A DNA stretch of 64,000 nucleotides. Source: Lutibacter sp. Lineage in GTDB: Bacteria > Bacteroidota > Bacteroidia > Flavobacteriales > Flavobacteriaceae. Below are positions 35,920 to 45,877 of this stretch, one piece after another; positions within the stretch are counted from its first letter, which is position 1; the number at the start of each line of letters is the position of its first letter. The notes below the pieces were generated by a model. The model was not told the DNA's origin, made no database searches, and worked only from the letters and a program-made list of their open reading frames with translations. The position numbers were made by a program, and so were the translations under genes. Where the stretch lies: the NCBI RefSeq assembly GCF_041555395.1, contig NZ_JBFFKM010000008.1, forward strand, positions 936 to 64,935. Direction: 5' to 3'.

Positions 35920-38730
35920 TCAATAGAAACCTCTTTTCGCGAAATTATAGATTTTCTTAGGGTTTATTACCAATACAAATCTAATTTTGGTGCTGTAATG
36001 GGGTTGTGACAATTCCCAACCTAAATTGGAATAAAAAGGAAAATACACTTCTAATATATCTTGTATGAAGTTTAGTCTAACCCCATTTTCGTAGGCGAAA
36101 TAAACTTTTTCTTTTTTGTTTTTCACAAAACCAACATCATTATATAATTCAATCCAACGCCATAATCCAACGCTTGAGTTTATGGTTGTAAGCCATTGAT
36201 TTGCATAAGCTACTGGAAGTTTTGATTTAAAACCACCTTCATTTATGATTACTTGCTGGCTTAGAATACCTGTAGTTTCCGATCTTCCCAAATATTCATA
36301 CTGAAATAAATAATCCCTTGGCCTGTCAAGGGCAAAACTAAAGAAATCCGTTTCGGTTTTATTGGACAAAAATGCTCCTGCAAAAACTCTGAAATCAAAT
36401 TGTCTATTGGTGTCTGTCAATATTCTGTAATGTGCCGTTGCCGAAAGTTTGCTGAATTTATCAGCAACCTGAAGCCCACCCGAAAATCTAATATCTTCTA
36501 TAATATTGGGCTTTGAATATCCGTAGCTTAAATTGAATACATTGTATTTGTTGGTTTCAATATGTTGTACCTGTGTTGGTGACTTTTCCCTATCTACCAA
36601 AGTAAAAGATGTTAAAATGGCACTGCTACTCACATCTCTTAGGCTTTTTCGTTTAAATTCGAGAAGGGCAAACGGAGTTAAAGTGGTGTAAGAAAGTTCT
36701 TTTGCATACTGAAAACTGCTACCCGAAATTCCAGCCAAAAATTTATTAATTTTTTTGTTTTCAGGCAGGTATTCATAAAGCATCGAAAAACTACCGGAAA
36801 ACGAATTGCTTTTTGTTCCATATGAAGGGGTCACTTTATAAAGAAAACTCTTTTTTAATAATGTTTTGTTTGAAATGCTCAATCCTAAAATCAAACCGTC
36901 ATAAAAATTGTATCTGGCTTCAGGCGTATAAAAAAACTGATTGTAATAAGGGTCTTCTATATCCTTCATAAACTTTAACTGCAACGGTCTGTTAAATAAT
37001 TTTTTGTCAATATTTTTCCAATTGTTTCTTAAATTATATTCGGGCACATGGAATTCATGATTTAATGAAAGCCTGTCAAAACCATTGGCAGGAATGGTAA
37101 TTGTTGTTAATGAATCTATGCCATCAATCCATTTTTTAAATCTGATTTCTTTATTTTTAATGCCATACAGTTGAATAGGTGCCGTAAATCCCCGTTTATT
37201 TAAAATACTGACTTCAAGGGAATCATTTTTTTTGACTATTTTTTTAATGGTATAATCTATTTTTTTACTGGTATTCAAATAAGCTGTTTTAAACCAGTCA
37301 ATATCCTTAGGTGTATCAATTAAATTTAAAAAGAAATCGCTATTTGTATTTTTTCCGGTATATTTTTTTGAAAAACTGAGAATAGCTTCTGAGATTTTGG
37401 CCTCTCCTAAATAATTTTCTAAATATTGAATTCCTAAGCCAGCCTTATATTTATTTACAATTTTTCTATTGAAATTTGACAGGGAATCGGCGCGGGTCGT
37501 TAATGGTTGATCCAGATTTTTTCTGGCGGCAAATTGGTAAACAAAAGGGTATTTCTCGTTAAAACTAATTTTGGACAGATTAAAGCTTCTAATGCCAAAA
37601 AGTTTTGAAATATCACCAATGGCTTTAACTTCGGGATAATATTTTTCAACATATTTAATCGTTAAATAGGTTTGTAAACCATCGGCAAGCCAAGCATCTT
37701 CTCTTTGATTAAACAAAAAAACGTTGTCTATATATTTTCTGCTTAGAATTTTGAACAGTTGAATGTCAAATTCAAAAGAATCACTGAAGGGTTTTAAGTA
37801 GGAAGGCAATTGGTTAAACCCATATACTGGGTTTTTTTCATATTCAATTTTATTTATAAAAAGTTTTTTGTGCGGATATGCCCCCAAATAAGATTGAATA
37901 AAAGAGAGCTCTCTATTGATGATTTCGGTTTTGAGATTAGGATCTAATTTTTTAGAATCCATATTGGTTACTACGGCAACAGGACTAGATCTATACTCCG
38001 TGAAATCATTTTCTTTTGTGATGTTTAATGCAATATCCTGTCTTTTTTTTCCAGTTAATTTATAACTGGTGAAATTGGTTAGAGAATCGACAGAAATTAT
38101 TAAATCGCTATTTACCACAAAATCTTTCGGAACCCTTATGTTTATTAAATAATTTGTAAAATCAACATACAAATCATCCATATCCAGATTGTTGTAAATC
38201 TGCCATTTATCATTAAAAATAGCCGGAATTAAGTACCAGTAACGTAAATTATAACCGGTTCTATTCGCTCCATAATCTGTAAACTTATCATTGGGTATTT
38301 TTACCGAATACGTTGCAATTATTTTTATGGAATCTTTTGGAATTAAGGCTTCTTTCAGGTTAATTTTTAAGATATCCGGATTTTTATCATTAATTTCCCA
38401 TATAACAAGGTCATAATTAACATAAACGCTATTAATTTTGGAGTTTCCTCTGTTTTTTTCCGAGGTAAAATGAAATGAGTTTGAGTAGTTTTCTATAAAA
38501 CGATTGGCTAACGGGGTATTTTTATCTTTATAGGCATTTGCCCAATTATGGAAATAAACCGAACTTAAAATACTGTCTGACTTGTTGTGAAAAACAATCT
38601 CCTGCTGTATTTTAAGTTCATTTGTCTGCGTATTTAAAACGGCAAGTATACTGGTGCTGTTTGTTTGGGAATACGTGTTATTCAAACAAATAATACTAGA
38701 TATAAGCGTTAAAAAAATATATTTTTTCAA
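35920..38730 (-). CDS. Secreted/outer-membrane M1 aminopeptidase-like protein with degenerate active site
   Basis: Signal peptide; VYFHNWANAY N-terminal motif; NQREDAWLADG aligns to the M1 WxxEG region, no HExxH; aromatic beta-strand-rich C-terminus. Confidence 0.7.
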   Translation of the reverse strand: MKKYIFLTLISSIICLNNTYSQTNSTSILAVLNTQTNELKIQQEIVFHNKSDSILSSVYFHNWANAYKDKNTPLANRFIENYSNSFHFTSEKNRGNSKINSVYVNYDLVIWEINDKNPDILKINLKEALIPKDSIKIIATYSVKIPNDKFTDYGANRTGYNLRYWYLIPAIFNDKWQIYNNLDMDDLYVDFTNYLINIRVPKDFVVNSDLIISVDSLTNFTSYKLTGKKRQDIALNITKENDFTEYRSSPVAVVTNMDSKKLDPNLKTEIINRELSFIQSYLGAYPHKKLFINKIEYEKNPVYGFNQLPSYLKPFSDSFEFDIQLFKILSRKYIDNVFLFNQREDAWLADGLQTYLTIKYVEKYYPEVKAIGDISKLFGIRSFNLSKISFNEKYPFVYQFAARKNLDQPLTTRADSLSNFNRKIVNKYKAGLGIQYLENYLGEAKISEAILSFSKKYTGKNTNSDFFLNLIDTPKDIDWFKTAYLNTSKKIDYTIKKIVKKNDSLEVSILNKRGFTAPIQLYGIKNKEIRFKKWIDGIDSLTTITIPANGFDRLSLNHEFHVPEYNLRNNWKNIDKKLFNRPLQLKFMKDIEDPYYNQFFYTPEARYNFYDGLILGLSISNKTLLKKSFLYKVTPSYGTKSNSFSGSFSMLYEYLPENKKINKFLAGISGSSFQYAKELSYTTLTPFALLEFKRKSLRDVSSSAILTSFTLVDREKSPTQVQHIETNKYNVFNLSYGYSKPNIIEDIRFSGGLQVADKFSKLSATAHYRILTDTNRQFDFRVFAGAFLSNKTETDFFSFALDRPRDYLFQYEYLGRSETTGILSQQVIINEGGFKSKLPVAYANQWLTTINSSVGLWRWIELYNDVGFVKNKKEKVYFAYENGVRLNFIQDILEVYFPFYSNLGWELSQPHYSTKIRFVLVINPKKIYNFAKRGFY

Positions 38731-38739
38731 AGGGCCTTC

Positions 38740-39447
38740 TTAGAAATTAGGGCTTAAACTGTATTTTTTATAAAAGGTATTAATTACATCCAAAACTTCA
38801 TCTTCAGTATCAACAATAGAAATTAAATCAAGATCATCCAAGTGAATGCTTCCTTCATTCACCAGCGTGTTTTTAATCCAATCAACAAGTCCAGACCAAT
38901 ATTTTGTTCCAACCAATATAATGGGAAATTTACCAATTTTTTTTGTTTGAATTAATGTAATTGCCTCAAAAAGCTCATCCATGGTTCCAAAACCTCCGGG
39001 CATAACCACAAATCCCTGTGAGTATTTTACAAACATGACTTTACGAACAAAAAAGTAATCAAAATCTAAACTTTTGTCGGAATCAATATATGGATTGTTA
39101 TGTTGCTCCATTGGTAATTCAATATTTAAACCAACAGAGATGCCTTTGCCACGTTGCGCACCTTTATTTCCGGCTTCCATAATTCCGGGACCACCTCCGG
39201 TAACAACTCCATAACCATGAGTGGTTAATTTATAAGCAATATTTTCGGCAAGTATGTAATATTTATGATCTGGTTTTACACGTGCTGATCCAAAAATAGT
39301 TACGCAAGGTCCAATTTTACCAAGGCGCTCAAAACCCTCAACAAACTCTGCCATAATTTTAAATATGGCCCAGGAGTCGTTGGTTTTAATTTCATTCCAG
39401 GTTTTTTGTTTGAATTTATCCCTTATTTGTCTGTCGTCATTTGTCAT
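38740..39447 (-). CDS. LOG family protein (TIGR00730 Rossmann fold)
   Basis: VTIFGSAR, TGGGPGIMEAGN, FFVRKVMF, PGGFGTMDELFE. Confidence 0.92.
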   Translation of the reverse strand: MTNDDRQIRDKFKQKTWNEIKTNDSWAIFKIMAEFVEGFERLGKIGPCVTIFGSARVKPDHKYYILAENIAYKLTTHGYGVVTGGGPGIMEAGNKGAQRGKGISVGLNIELPMEQHNNPYIDSDKSLDFDYFFVRKVMFVKYSQGFVVMPGGFGTMDELFEAITLIQTKKIGKFPIILVGTKYWSGLVDWIKNTLVNEGSIHLDDLDLISIVDTEDEVLDVINTFYKKYSLSPNF

Positions 39448-39509
39448 AATTAGGTTCTAATTTCTTTTTTAATTTCTAAAATTAAGGATTTTCTGTAAAA
39501 ATATACGGG

Positions 39510-42335
39510 CTAATTTAATTCTTTTTTTAAGAATTTGGCTGTATAGCTTTTTTTATGTTCACTTACTGCTTCAGGAGTACCGAAACAAATTAAATTTCCT
39601 CCTTTTTTGCCGCCTTCCATTCCGATATCTATAACATGATCTGCAAGTTTTACGACATCTAAATTATGTTCTATAACGAGAATTGTATTGCCTTTATTTG
39701 TCAATTTATTCAAAACTTCCATAAGTACGCGAATATCTTCAAAATGAAGTCCGGTGGTAGGTTCGTCTAAAATATAAAAAGTGTTTCCTGTGTCTTTTTT
39801 TGCCAATTCAGACGCTAATTTTATCCGTTGTGCTTCGCCTCCGGAGAGTGTTGTAGATTGCTGTCCTAGTTTAATATAACTCAACCCAACATCATGAATT
39901 GTTTTTAGTTTTCGATGAATTTTAGGAATGAGCTCAAAAAAGGAAGTCGCTTCTTCAATGGTCATATTTAATACGTCGGAAATTGATTTCCCTTTGTATC
40001 TGATTTCCAGAGTTTCTCTGTTGAAGCGTTTTCCCTGACAAGTTTCGCATTCCACTTGAACATCGGGCAAAAAGTTCATTTCTATCACGCGAACACCGCC
40101 GCCTTGACAAGTTTCGCATCTACCATCTTTAACGTTAAATGAAAATCGGCCAGGTTTGTAACCCCTTATTGAAGCCTCGCTTGTTTTGGAAAACAAATCT
40201 CTGATTTCGCTAAAAACACCGGTGTAAGTGGCCGGATTTGAACGTGGTGTTCTTCCGATTGGCGATTGATTTATCGCAATTACTTTGTCTATATGCTCCA
40301 AACCTGCAATACTTTTGTAAGGCATTGGTTTTTTTACTCCGTTGTAAATGTGTTCGTTTAAAATAGGGTATAAAGTTTCGTTAATTAAAGTCGATTTTCC
40401 GCTGCCTGAAACCCCTGTAACACAAATAAATGTTCCTAAGGGAAATTCAACCGTGATATTTTTTAAATTATTGCCTGAAGCACCTTTTAATATGATTTTA
40501 TGTCCGTTTCCTGTTCTTCTTTTTTTAGGAACCTCAATAGATTTTGTACCATTTAAATAATCGGCAGTTAAGGTATGATGTTGTTTTAATTCTTCAAAAG
40601 TTCCTTCGCTTACAATTTCTCCCCCATGAATGCCCGCGCCTGGACCAATATCCAGCACAAAATCGGCATTCTGAATCATTTCTTTATCGTGTTCCACAAC
40701 AATTACAGAGTTTCCAATATCTCTTAAATTTAACAGCGAGTTAATCAATTTTTGATTATCACGTTGGTGCAGGCCAATGCTCGGCTCATCCAAAATATAA
40801 AGCACGCCAACCAATTGAGAACCAATTTGTGTTGCAAGTCTAATTCGTTGTGCTTCACCGCCAGACAGTGATTTTGAGCTTCTGTCGAGGGCTAGATAAT
40901 CCAAACCAACATTCAATAAAAACTGAATTCTGGTCCTAATTTCTTTTAGTATTTCTGAAGCGATTTTTACCTGTTTTTCAGTTAATTTTTCTTCAATACT
41001 TGAAAACCAATTAGAAAGTTCGTTAATGTCGAGTTGCGCCAGTTCCGAGATGTTTTTGTCATTGACCTTAAAGAATAATGCTTCTTTTTTAAGTCGTTTC
41101 CCATCGCAGGTTTCACAATTAATCTCGTCCATAAATTCTTTTGCCCAACGTTTGATGGAAGCTGAATCACTTGTATTGTGTTGATTTTCAATAAAATGAA
41201 TGATTCCTTCAAAATCAATTTCGTAATTGCGTGTAATTCCTGCGGTTTTTGAAACAATATCAAATTTTTCGCTGCCTCCATATAAAATAATTTCTAAGGC
41301 TTCACTTGGGATTTTTGATATAGGATCATTTAATTGAAAATTATAGCGGTTGGCAATTAACTGAAGCTGTTTGAAAATCCAGCTGTTTTTTTGTTCCCCA
41401 ATGGGTTTGATGCCACCATTTTTAATTGAAATCGAAGGGTTTGGAATTATTTTTTTGATGTTGACTTTATCTAGTTTTCCCAATCCGTTACAAGTTTCAC
41501 AAGCGCCTTTTGGAGAATTGAAAGAGAACGAATTTGGCTCAGGGTTTGGGTATGAGATTCCTGTGGTCGGACACATTAAATCGCTGCTGAAGTAACGCGG
41601 ATTGTTTGTTTCGTGCTCTAGAATCATCACAACATTGTCGCCCGAATATAAGGCTGTTGTGATGCTTTCTTCCACTCTTTTTTCAGAAGATTGATTTACC
41701 GTTAACCGGTCTATTACAATTTCAATATCGTGGGTTTTGTAACGGTCGAGGCGCATTCCTTTCGTAATCTCCATAAGTTCACCGTCAACTCTGACACGCA
41801 CAAATCCCTGTTTTGAAATTTGTTCAAAAAGTTCTCTGTAATGCCCTTTTCTCGATTTAACGACGGGTGCCAAAATCACTATTTTTTTTTGGTCAAATTC
41901 CTTTAAGATAAGTTCTTTTATTTGCGCATCAGCATAACTTACCATTTTCTCATTGGTGTTATACGAATAAGCATCTGCTGCCCGGGCATAAAGCAAGCGC
42001 AAAAAATCATAAATTTCCGTGATGGTTCCCACTGTGGAGCGCGGGCTTTTATTAGTTGTTTTTTGTTCAATGGAAATAACAGGAGAAAGTCCGTCAATTT
42101 TATCAACATCAGGTCGTTCCAAACCTCCTAAAAATTGCCTAGCATACGCCGAAAAAGTTTCAATATATCTGCGCTGGCCTTCAGCATAAATAGTGTCAAA
42201 CGCCAATGACGATTTCCCGCTGCCGCTTAAACCGGTAATTACAACCAATTTTTCTCTGGGAATACGAACATCAACATTTTTTAAATTATGGACTCGCGCT
42301 CCCAAAACTTCAATATATTCTATCTGTTTTGTCAT
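39510..42335 (-). CDS. uvrA: Excinuclease ABC subunit A
   Basis: GARVHNLKN, GLSGSGKSSLA, two LSGGEAQR signatures, zinc fingers; start set at MTKQIEY (42335), -7 element at 42354-42361. Confidence 0.98.
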   Translation of the reverse strand: MTKQIEYIEVLGARVHNLKNVDVRIPREKLVVITGLSGSGKSSLAFDTIYAEGQRRYIETFSAYARQFLGGLERPDVDKIDGLSPVISIEQKTTNKSPRSTVGTITEIYDFLRLLYARAADAYSYNTNEKMVSYADAQIKELILKEFDQKKIVILAPVVKSRKGHYRELFEQISKQGFVRVRVDGELMEITKGMRLDRYKTHDIEIVIDRLTVNQSSEKRVEESITTALYSGDNVVMILEHETNNPRYFSSDLMCPTTGISYPNPEPNSFSFNSPKGACETCNGLGKLDKVNIKKIIPNPSISIKNGGIKPIGEQKNSWIFKQLQLIANRYNFQLNDPISKIPSEALEIILYGGSEKFDIVSKTAGITRNYEIDFEGIIHFIENQHNTSDSASIKRWAKEFMDEINCETCDGKRLKKEALFFKVNDKNISELAQLDINELSNWFSSIEEKLTEKQVKIASEILKEIRTRIQFLLNVGLDYLALDRSSKSLSGGEAQRIRLATQIGSQLVGVLYILDEPSIGLHQRDNQKLINSLLNLRDIGNSVIVVEHDKEMIQNADFVLDIGPGAGIHGGEIVSEGTFEELKQHHTLTADYLNGTKSIEVPKKRRTGNGHKIILKGASGNNLKNITVEFPLGTFICVTGVSGSGKSTLINETLYPILNEHIYNGVKKPMPYKSIAGLEHIDKVIAINQSPIGRTPRSNPATYTGVFSEIRDLFSKTSEASIRGYKPGRFSFNVKDGRCETCQGGGVRVIEMNFLPDVQVECETCQGKRFNRETLEIRYKGKSISDVLNMTIEEATSFFELIPKIHRKLKTIHDVGLSYIKLGQQSTTLSGGEAQRIKLASELAKKDTGNTFYILDEPTTGLHFEDIRVLMEVLNKLTNKGNTILVIEHNLDVVKLADHVIDIGMEGGKKGGNLICFGTPEAVSEHKKSYTAKFLKKELN

Positions 42336-42440
42336 TGGTTTTCCGGAAAGTTGCAAAGTTAAAAAAATGTCACTACAATTTTGGCATACAGTTACATCTT
42401 TATTTTGAAAATTAGTATATTGCATCAAAATTTATAGTTT

Positions 42441-42668
42441 GTGGGTTGGATAGTTTCTTTGCGTCATTTTTTTGAAAAACATGGATTTGCGGTGTCCTCA
42501 AGATTTGCCGATAAATTAGGAATTGACGTATCCAATGTGCGTTTATTTTTTATTTATATTTCATTTGTTACCTTGGGTTTTTCCTTCGGAATATACTTGA
42601 CACTTGCTTTTTTATTGCGACTGAAAGATATGGTTTACACCAAACGAAAATCTGTTTTTGATCTATGA
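42441..42668 (+). CDS. PspC-domain small membrane protein
   Basis: GTG start; FAVSSRFADKLGIDVSNVRLFFIY + hydrophobic helix + GIYLTLAF. Confidence 0.7.
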   Translation: MGWIVSLRHFFEKHGFAVSSRFADKLGIDVSNVRLFFIYISFVTLGFSFGIYLTLAFLLRLKDMVYTKRKSVFDL

Positions 42669-42674
42669 CAACTT

Positions 42675-43670
42675 ATGATATTTAAAACAAAATTATACAT
42701 TTCAATTACGCTGTTAATTATTGTTGTTTTAATAGGAGTTTCCGGTTTTATGATTATTTCTAATGAAACTTTTGTAGATTCATTATATATGACCGTAATA
42801 ACCATGTCAACCGTAGGCTATGGCACACTTCACGAATTAAATGAGACAGAAAAGATTTTTACGATATTTTTAATAATTATAAGTATCGTGTTTTATGTAT
42901 ATTCAGTTACCGTTTTATCTGAATATTTGATCAGCGAAAAATTTCTTCAACAATTAAATGAAAAAAGGGTGCGAAAAAAGATTCAAAAACTAGAAAATCA
43001 CGCCATTGTTTGTGGTTATGGCCGTAATGGTAAACAGGCAGTTATAAAGTTAAAGAGTTTTAAAATGCCTTGCGTAGTTATTGAAAAGGACAAAGCTTTA
43101 ATTGAAGAACTGGAGCGCGACAATATACTTTATGTTGAAGGCGATGCAACAGAAGATGAGTCAATAAAGAAAGCAGCAGTGCATAATGCCAAGAGTTTAA
43201 TTACAGCTTTGTCTTCTGATGCCGATAATTTGTTTGTTGTGCTTTCTGCAAGACAGTTGAATAAAAACATGATTATTATAAGCAGGGCTTCAAATGAATC
43301 ATCTATAAATAAATTAAAAATTGCAGGGGCAAACAACATTATAATGCCCGATAAAATAGGAGGTATGCATATGGCATCATTGGTAGTAACTCCCGATTTA
43401 GTTGAATTTGTTGACAGGTTAACAATGCTTGATGAAGGTTCGACAAATTTAGAAGAAATTTCGGTAAATGACCTGCCGCCAGAATTTTTAAACAAAACCA
43501 TAAGAGATTTGGATTTACGCAGAAGAACGGGCTGTTCAATAATAGGTTTTAAAACTGCAACTAATCAATACATTGTAAATCCGGAATCAGAAACAGAACT
43601 AACATTAAATTCCAATCTAATTGTGCTTGGCCGCCCCAATCAAATTAGAAAATTAAGAGAAATATTATAA
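42675..43670 (+). CDS. Potassium channel with RCK (TrkA-N/TrkA-C) domains
   Basis: 2 TM + pore TMSTVGYG; VCGYGRNG Rossmann; GDAT. Confidence 0.92.
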   Translation: MIFKTKLYISITLLIIVVLIGVSGFMIISNETFVDSLYMTVITMSTVGYGTLHELNETEKIFTIFLIIISIVFYVYSVTVLSEYLISEKFLQQLNEKRVRKKIQKLENHAIVCGYGRNGKQAVIKLKSFKMPCVVIEKDKALIEELERDNILYVEGDATEDESIKKAAVHNAKSLITALSSDADNLFVVLSARQLNKNMIIISRASNESSINKLKIAGANNIIMPDKIGGMHMASLVVTPDLVEFVDRLTMLDEGSTNLEEISVNDLPPEFLNKTIRDLDLRRRTGCSIIGFKTATNQYIVNPESETELTLNSNLIVLGRPNQIRKLREIL

Positions 43671-43790
43671 CGTTCATTATTAGGTACTTAACAAAAAATA
43701 AATAAGTTTCGCACTAAAAATTTGTGGCAAGCTAAATTTTTTAGCATCTTGGAGGCTTTTTAGCAAGATATTCTAACCAACTTATAAACT

Positions 43791-45869
43791 ATGAATTCAA
43801 AATTTATTATACCAATCCTTCTGCTGTTTTCTGCAGTGGCTTTTTCCCAAGATTTTACTGTAAATGAAAATGTTGTAAATCCGTCCAAATTAATTAACGA
43901 CGGAATTATAGACGTTAATGTTTTTGGCGGTACACCTCCATATACTTACAAGTGGAGCAATCAAAGCGCCCCTTTAGCTTCCAATAAAGCTTTCGGATTG
44001 GTAGAAGGCTTGCCTTATAGTGTTCTGATAACGGATGCTTCAGGAAAAACGGTCACTAAAGAATATACCGTTCCTATGGAAAATATTTCCGAGCGGTTTA
44101 ACGGTACTTTTACCCCAGTTGTAAACGCCATTGCTATGGTGTTATTTTGGGATCCATTTTCCGCAGTTGGAATTTATGATCCAAATATCTATGTTGAAAA
44201 AAAGACTATTCCTATTCCTGGATGGAGTCCGGGGATAAAAGGATCGTTTTTGATTAAAAAATGGGTGGTTGAAGATGGCGCTAAAGTTCAGGAGGGAGAC
44301 ACCATCGCAATTATTTCTAGAGGTGATTCAGAAATCATAGGAATGGCTTTTGTGGACGGGACTTTAAAACACCTGGCAAAAGAAGGCGGCTCTATATACG
44401 ATTCTTCCAATAAAGGAGATGTTATTGAGGAAGGAGCACACAATTATGCAGCTGTTTATTATGATGAAAAAATAGCTTTGCTCCATCCAAATGGAGACAT
44501 TCAAAAAAAGAATATTCCATTTATTGTGATATGGTTGTCTATTGGCGCCTTGTTCTTTACAATTCGAATGGGATTTATAAATATAAAAGGATTTAGGCAT
44601 GCCATTGATTTGGCTCGTGGAAAATATGATGATCCAAACGCTCCTGGCCAGGTTACCCATTTCCAGGCACTTGCCACTGCGGTTTCAGGAACTGTTGGTT
44701 TAGGAAATATTGCCGGGGTCGCGGTAGCGATTTCCTTAGGTGGCGCAGGTGCTACTTTCTGGATTATTCTTGCCGGATTATTAGGGATGTCTTCCAAATT
44801 TGTGGAGTGTACTTTAGGTGTGAAATATCGGGATATAGCTGCTGACGGAAGGGTTTTTGGTGGTCCTATGAATTATTTGCGCAATGGGTTGGAAAAACAA
44901 AACAAAAAAGTTTTAGGAAAAGTTTTGGCCGGTGTGTTTGCGGTGTTATGTGTTGGCGCTTCATTTGGTGGCGGTAATATGTTTCAAGCCAATCAGGCAT
45001 TTGAGGCTGTTTCGGGGCAAATTCCAGAATTGGTTGGTTATGGATTTTGGTTTGGAACCGTTATTTCTTTGCTTGTTGCTGCTGTTATTGTTGGTGGTAT
45101 TCAAAGTATTGCTAAGGTTACTGAAAAAATCGTTCCTATTATGGCATCAATTTATGTTGTTGCCTGTTTGGCCGTAATTATTATAAATATTGAAAATATA
45201 GGTCCTGCATTTGCTGCGATATATGACGGGGCATTTAATCCGTCTGCCTTAAAAGGTGGTATTATAGGTGTATTGATTGTAGGTTTTCAAAGAGCCGCTT
45301 TTTCTAATGAAGCTGGGGTTGGTTCTGCAGCAATTGCGCACAGTGTGGCAAAAACGAACAATCCGCCTTCTGAAGGATTTGTATCTTTATTAGAACCTTT
45401 TATTGACACAGTTGTAGTTTGTACTTTAACGGCTTTGGTGTTAATTTTCACTGGTAAACATGAAGTATCAGGAATGGGCGGAGCTCAATTAACTTCCGAT
45501 GCTTTTGGTACCGTAATTTCGTGGTTCCCTTATGTATTGACTGTCGCAATCTTTTTGTTTGCTTTTTCTACGATGATTTCTTGGTCTTATTATGGAATGC
45601 GAGCTTGGACTTATTTATTCGGAAAAAGCAAAAAAGCTGAAATGATTTATAAAATGTTCTTCTTAGTATTTGTTGTTGTAGGTGCATCAGTGAGTTTGGG
45701 CGCTGTTTTAGACTTTTCTGATATGATGATTCTTGCTATGGCATTTCCAAACATTATAGGATTGTATTTAATGTCTGGTGAAGTAAAAGGAGATTTGAAC
45801 GAATATTGGCGCAAACTGAAAGCGGGAGAACTTTATAAAGCACAAAGCCTCACAAAAAAAATAAGATAA
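43791..45869 (+). CDS. AGCS-family Na+/alanine-glycine symporter with N-terminal SprB repeat and lipoyl-like domain
   Basis: ATAVSGTVGLGNIAGVA, GMSSKFVECTLGVKYR, GGPMNY, GGGNMFQ, FSNEAGVGSA, FAFSTMISWSYYG, MAFPNIIGL; extra N-terminal domains. Confidence 0.92.
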   Translation: MNSKFIIPILLLFSAVAFSQDFTVNENVVNPSKLINDGIIDVNVFGGTPPYTYKWSNQSAPLASNKAFGLVEGLPYSVLITDASGKTVTKEYTVPMENISERFNGTFTPVVNAIAMVLFWDPFSAVGIYDPNIYVEKKTIPIPGWSPGIKGSFLIKKWVVEDGAKVQEGDTIAIISRGDSEIIGMAFVDGTLKHLAKEGGSIYDSSNKGDVIEEGAHNYAAVYYDEKIALLHPNGDIQKKNIPFIVIWLSIGALFFTIRMGFINIKGFRHAIDLARGKYDDPNAPGQVTHFQALATAVSGTVGLGNIAGVAVAISLGGAGATFWIILAGLLGMSSKFVECTLGVKYRDIAADGRVFGGPMNYLRNGLEKQNKKVLGKVLAGVFAVLCVGASFGGGNMFQANQAFEAVSGQIPELVGYGFWFGTVISLLVAAVIVGGIQSIAKVTEKIVPIMASIYVVACLAVIIINIENIGPAFAAIYDGAFNPSALKGGIIGVLIVGFQRAAFSNEAGVGSAAIAHSVAKTNNPPSEGFVSLLEPFIDTVVVCTLTALVLIFTGKHEVSGMGGAQLTSDAFGTVISWFPYVLTVAIFLFAFSTMISWSYYGMRAWTYLFGKSKKAEMIYKMFFLVFVVVGASVSLGAVLDFSDMMILAMAFPNIIGLYLMSGEVKGDLNEYWRKLKAGELYKAQSLTKKIR

Positions 45870-45877
45870 AAATTAAA

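Noticed and set aside
42336-42440. LexA/SOS box upstream of uvrA
   Set aside because: No recognisable CTGT-N8-ACAG or GAAC-N4-GTTC dyad.
43700-43790. Glycine riboswitch upstream of the AGCS symporter
   Set aside because: Only two small hairpins; no GGAGA/GAAGG/CAGG/CUCU core and too short for the tandem aptamers.
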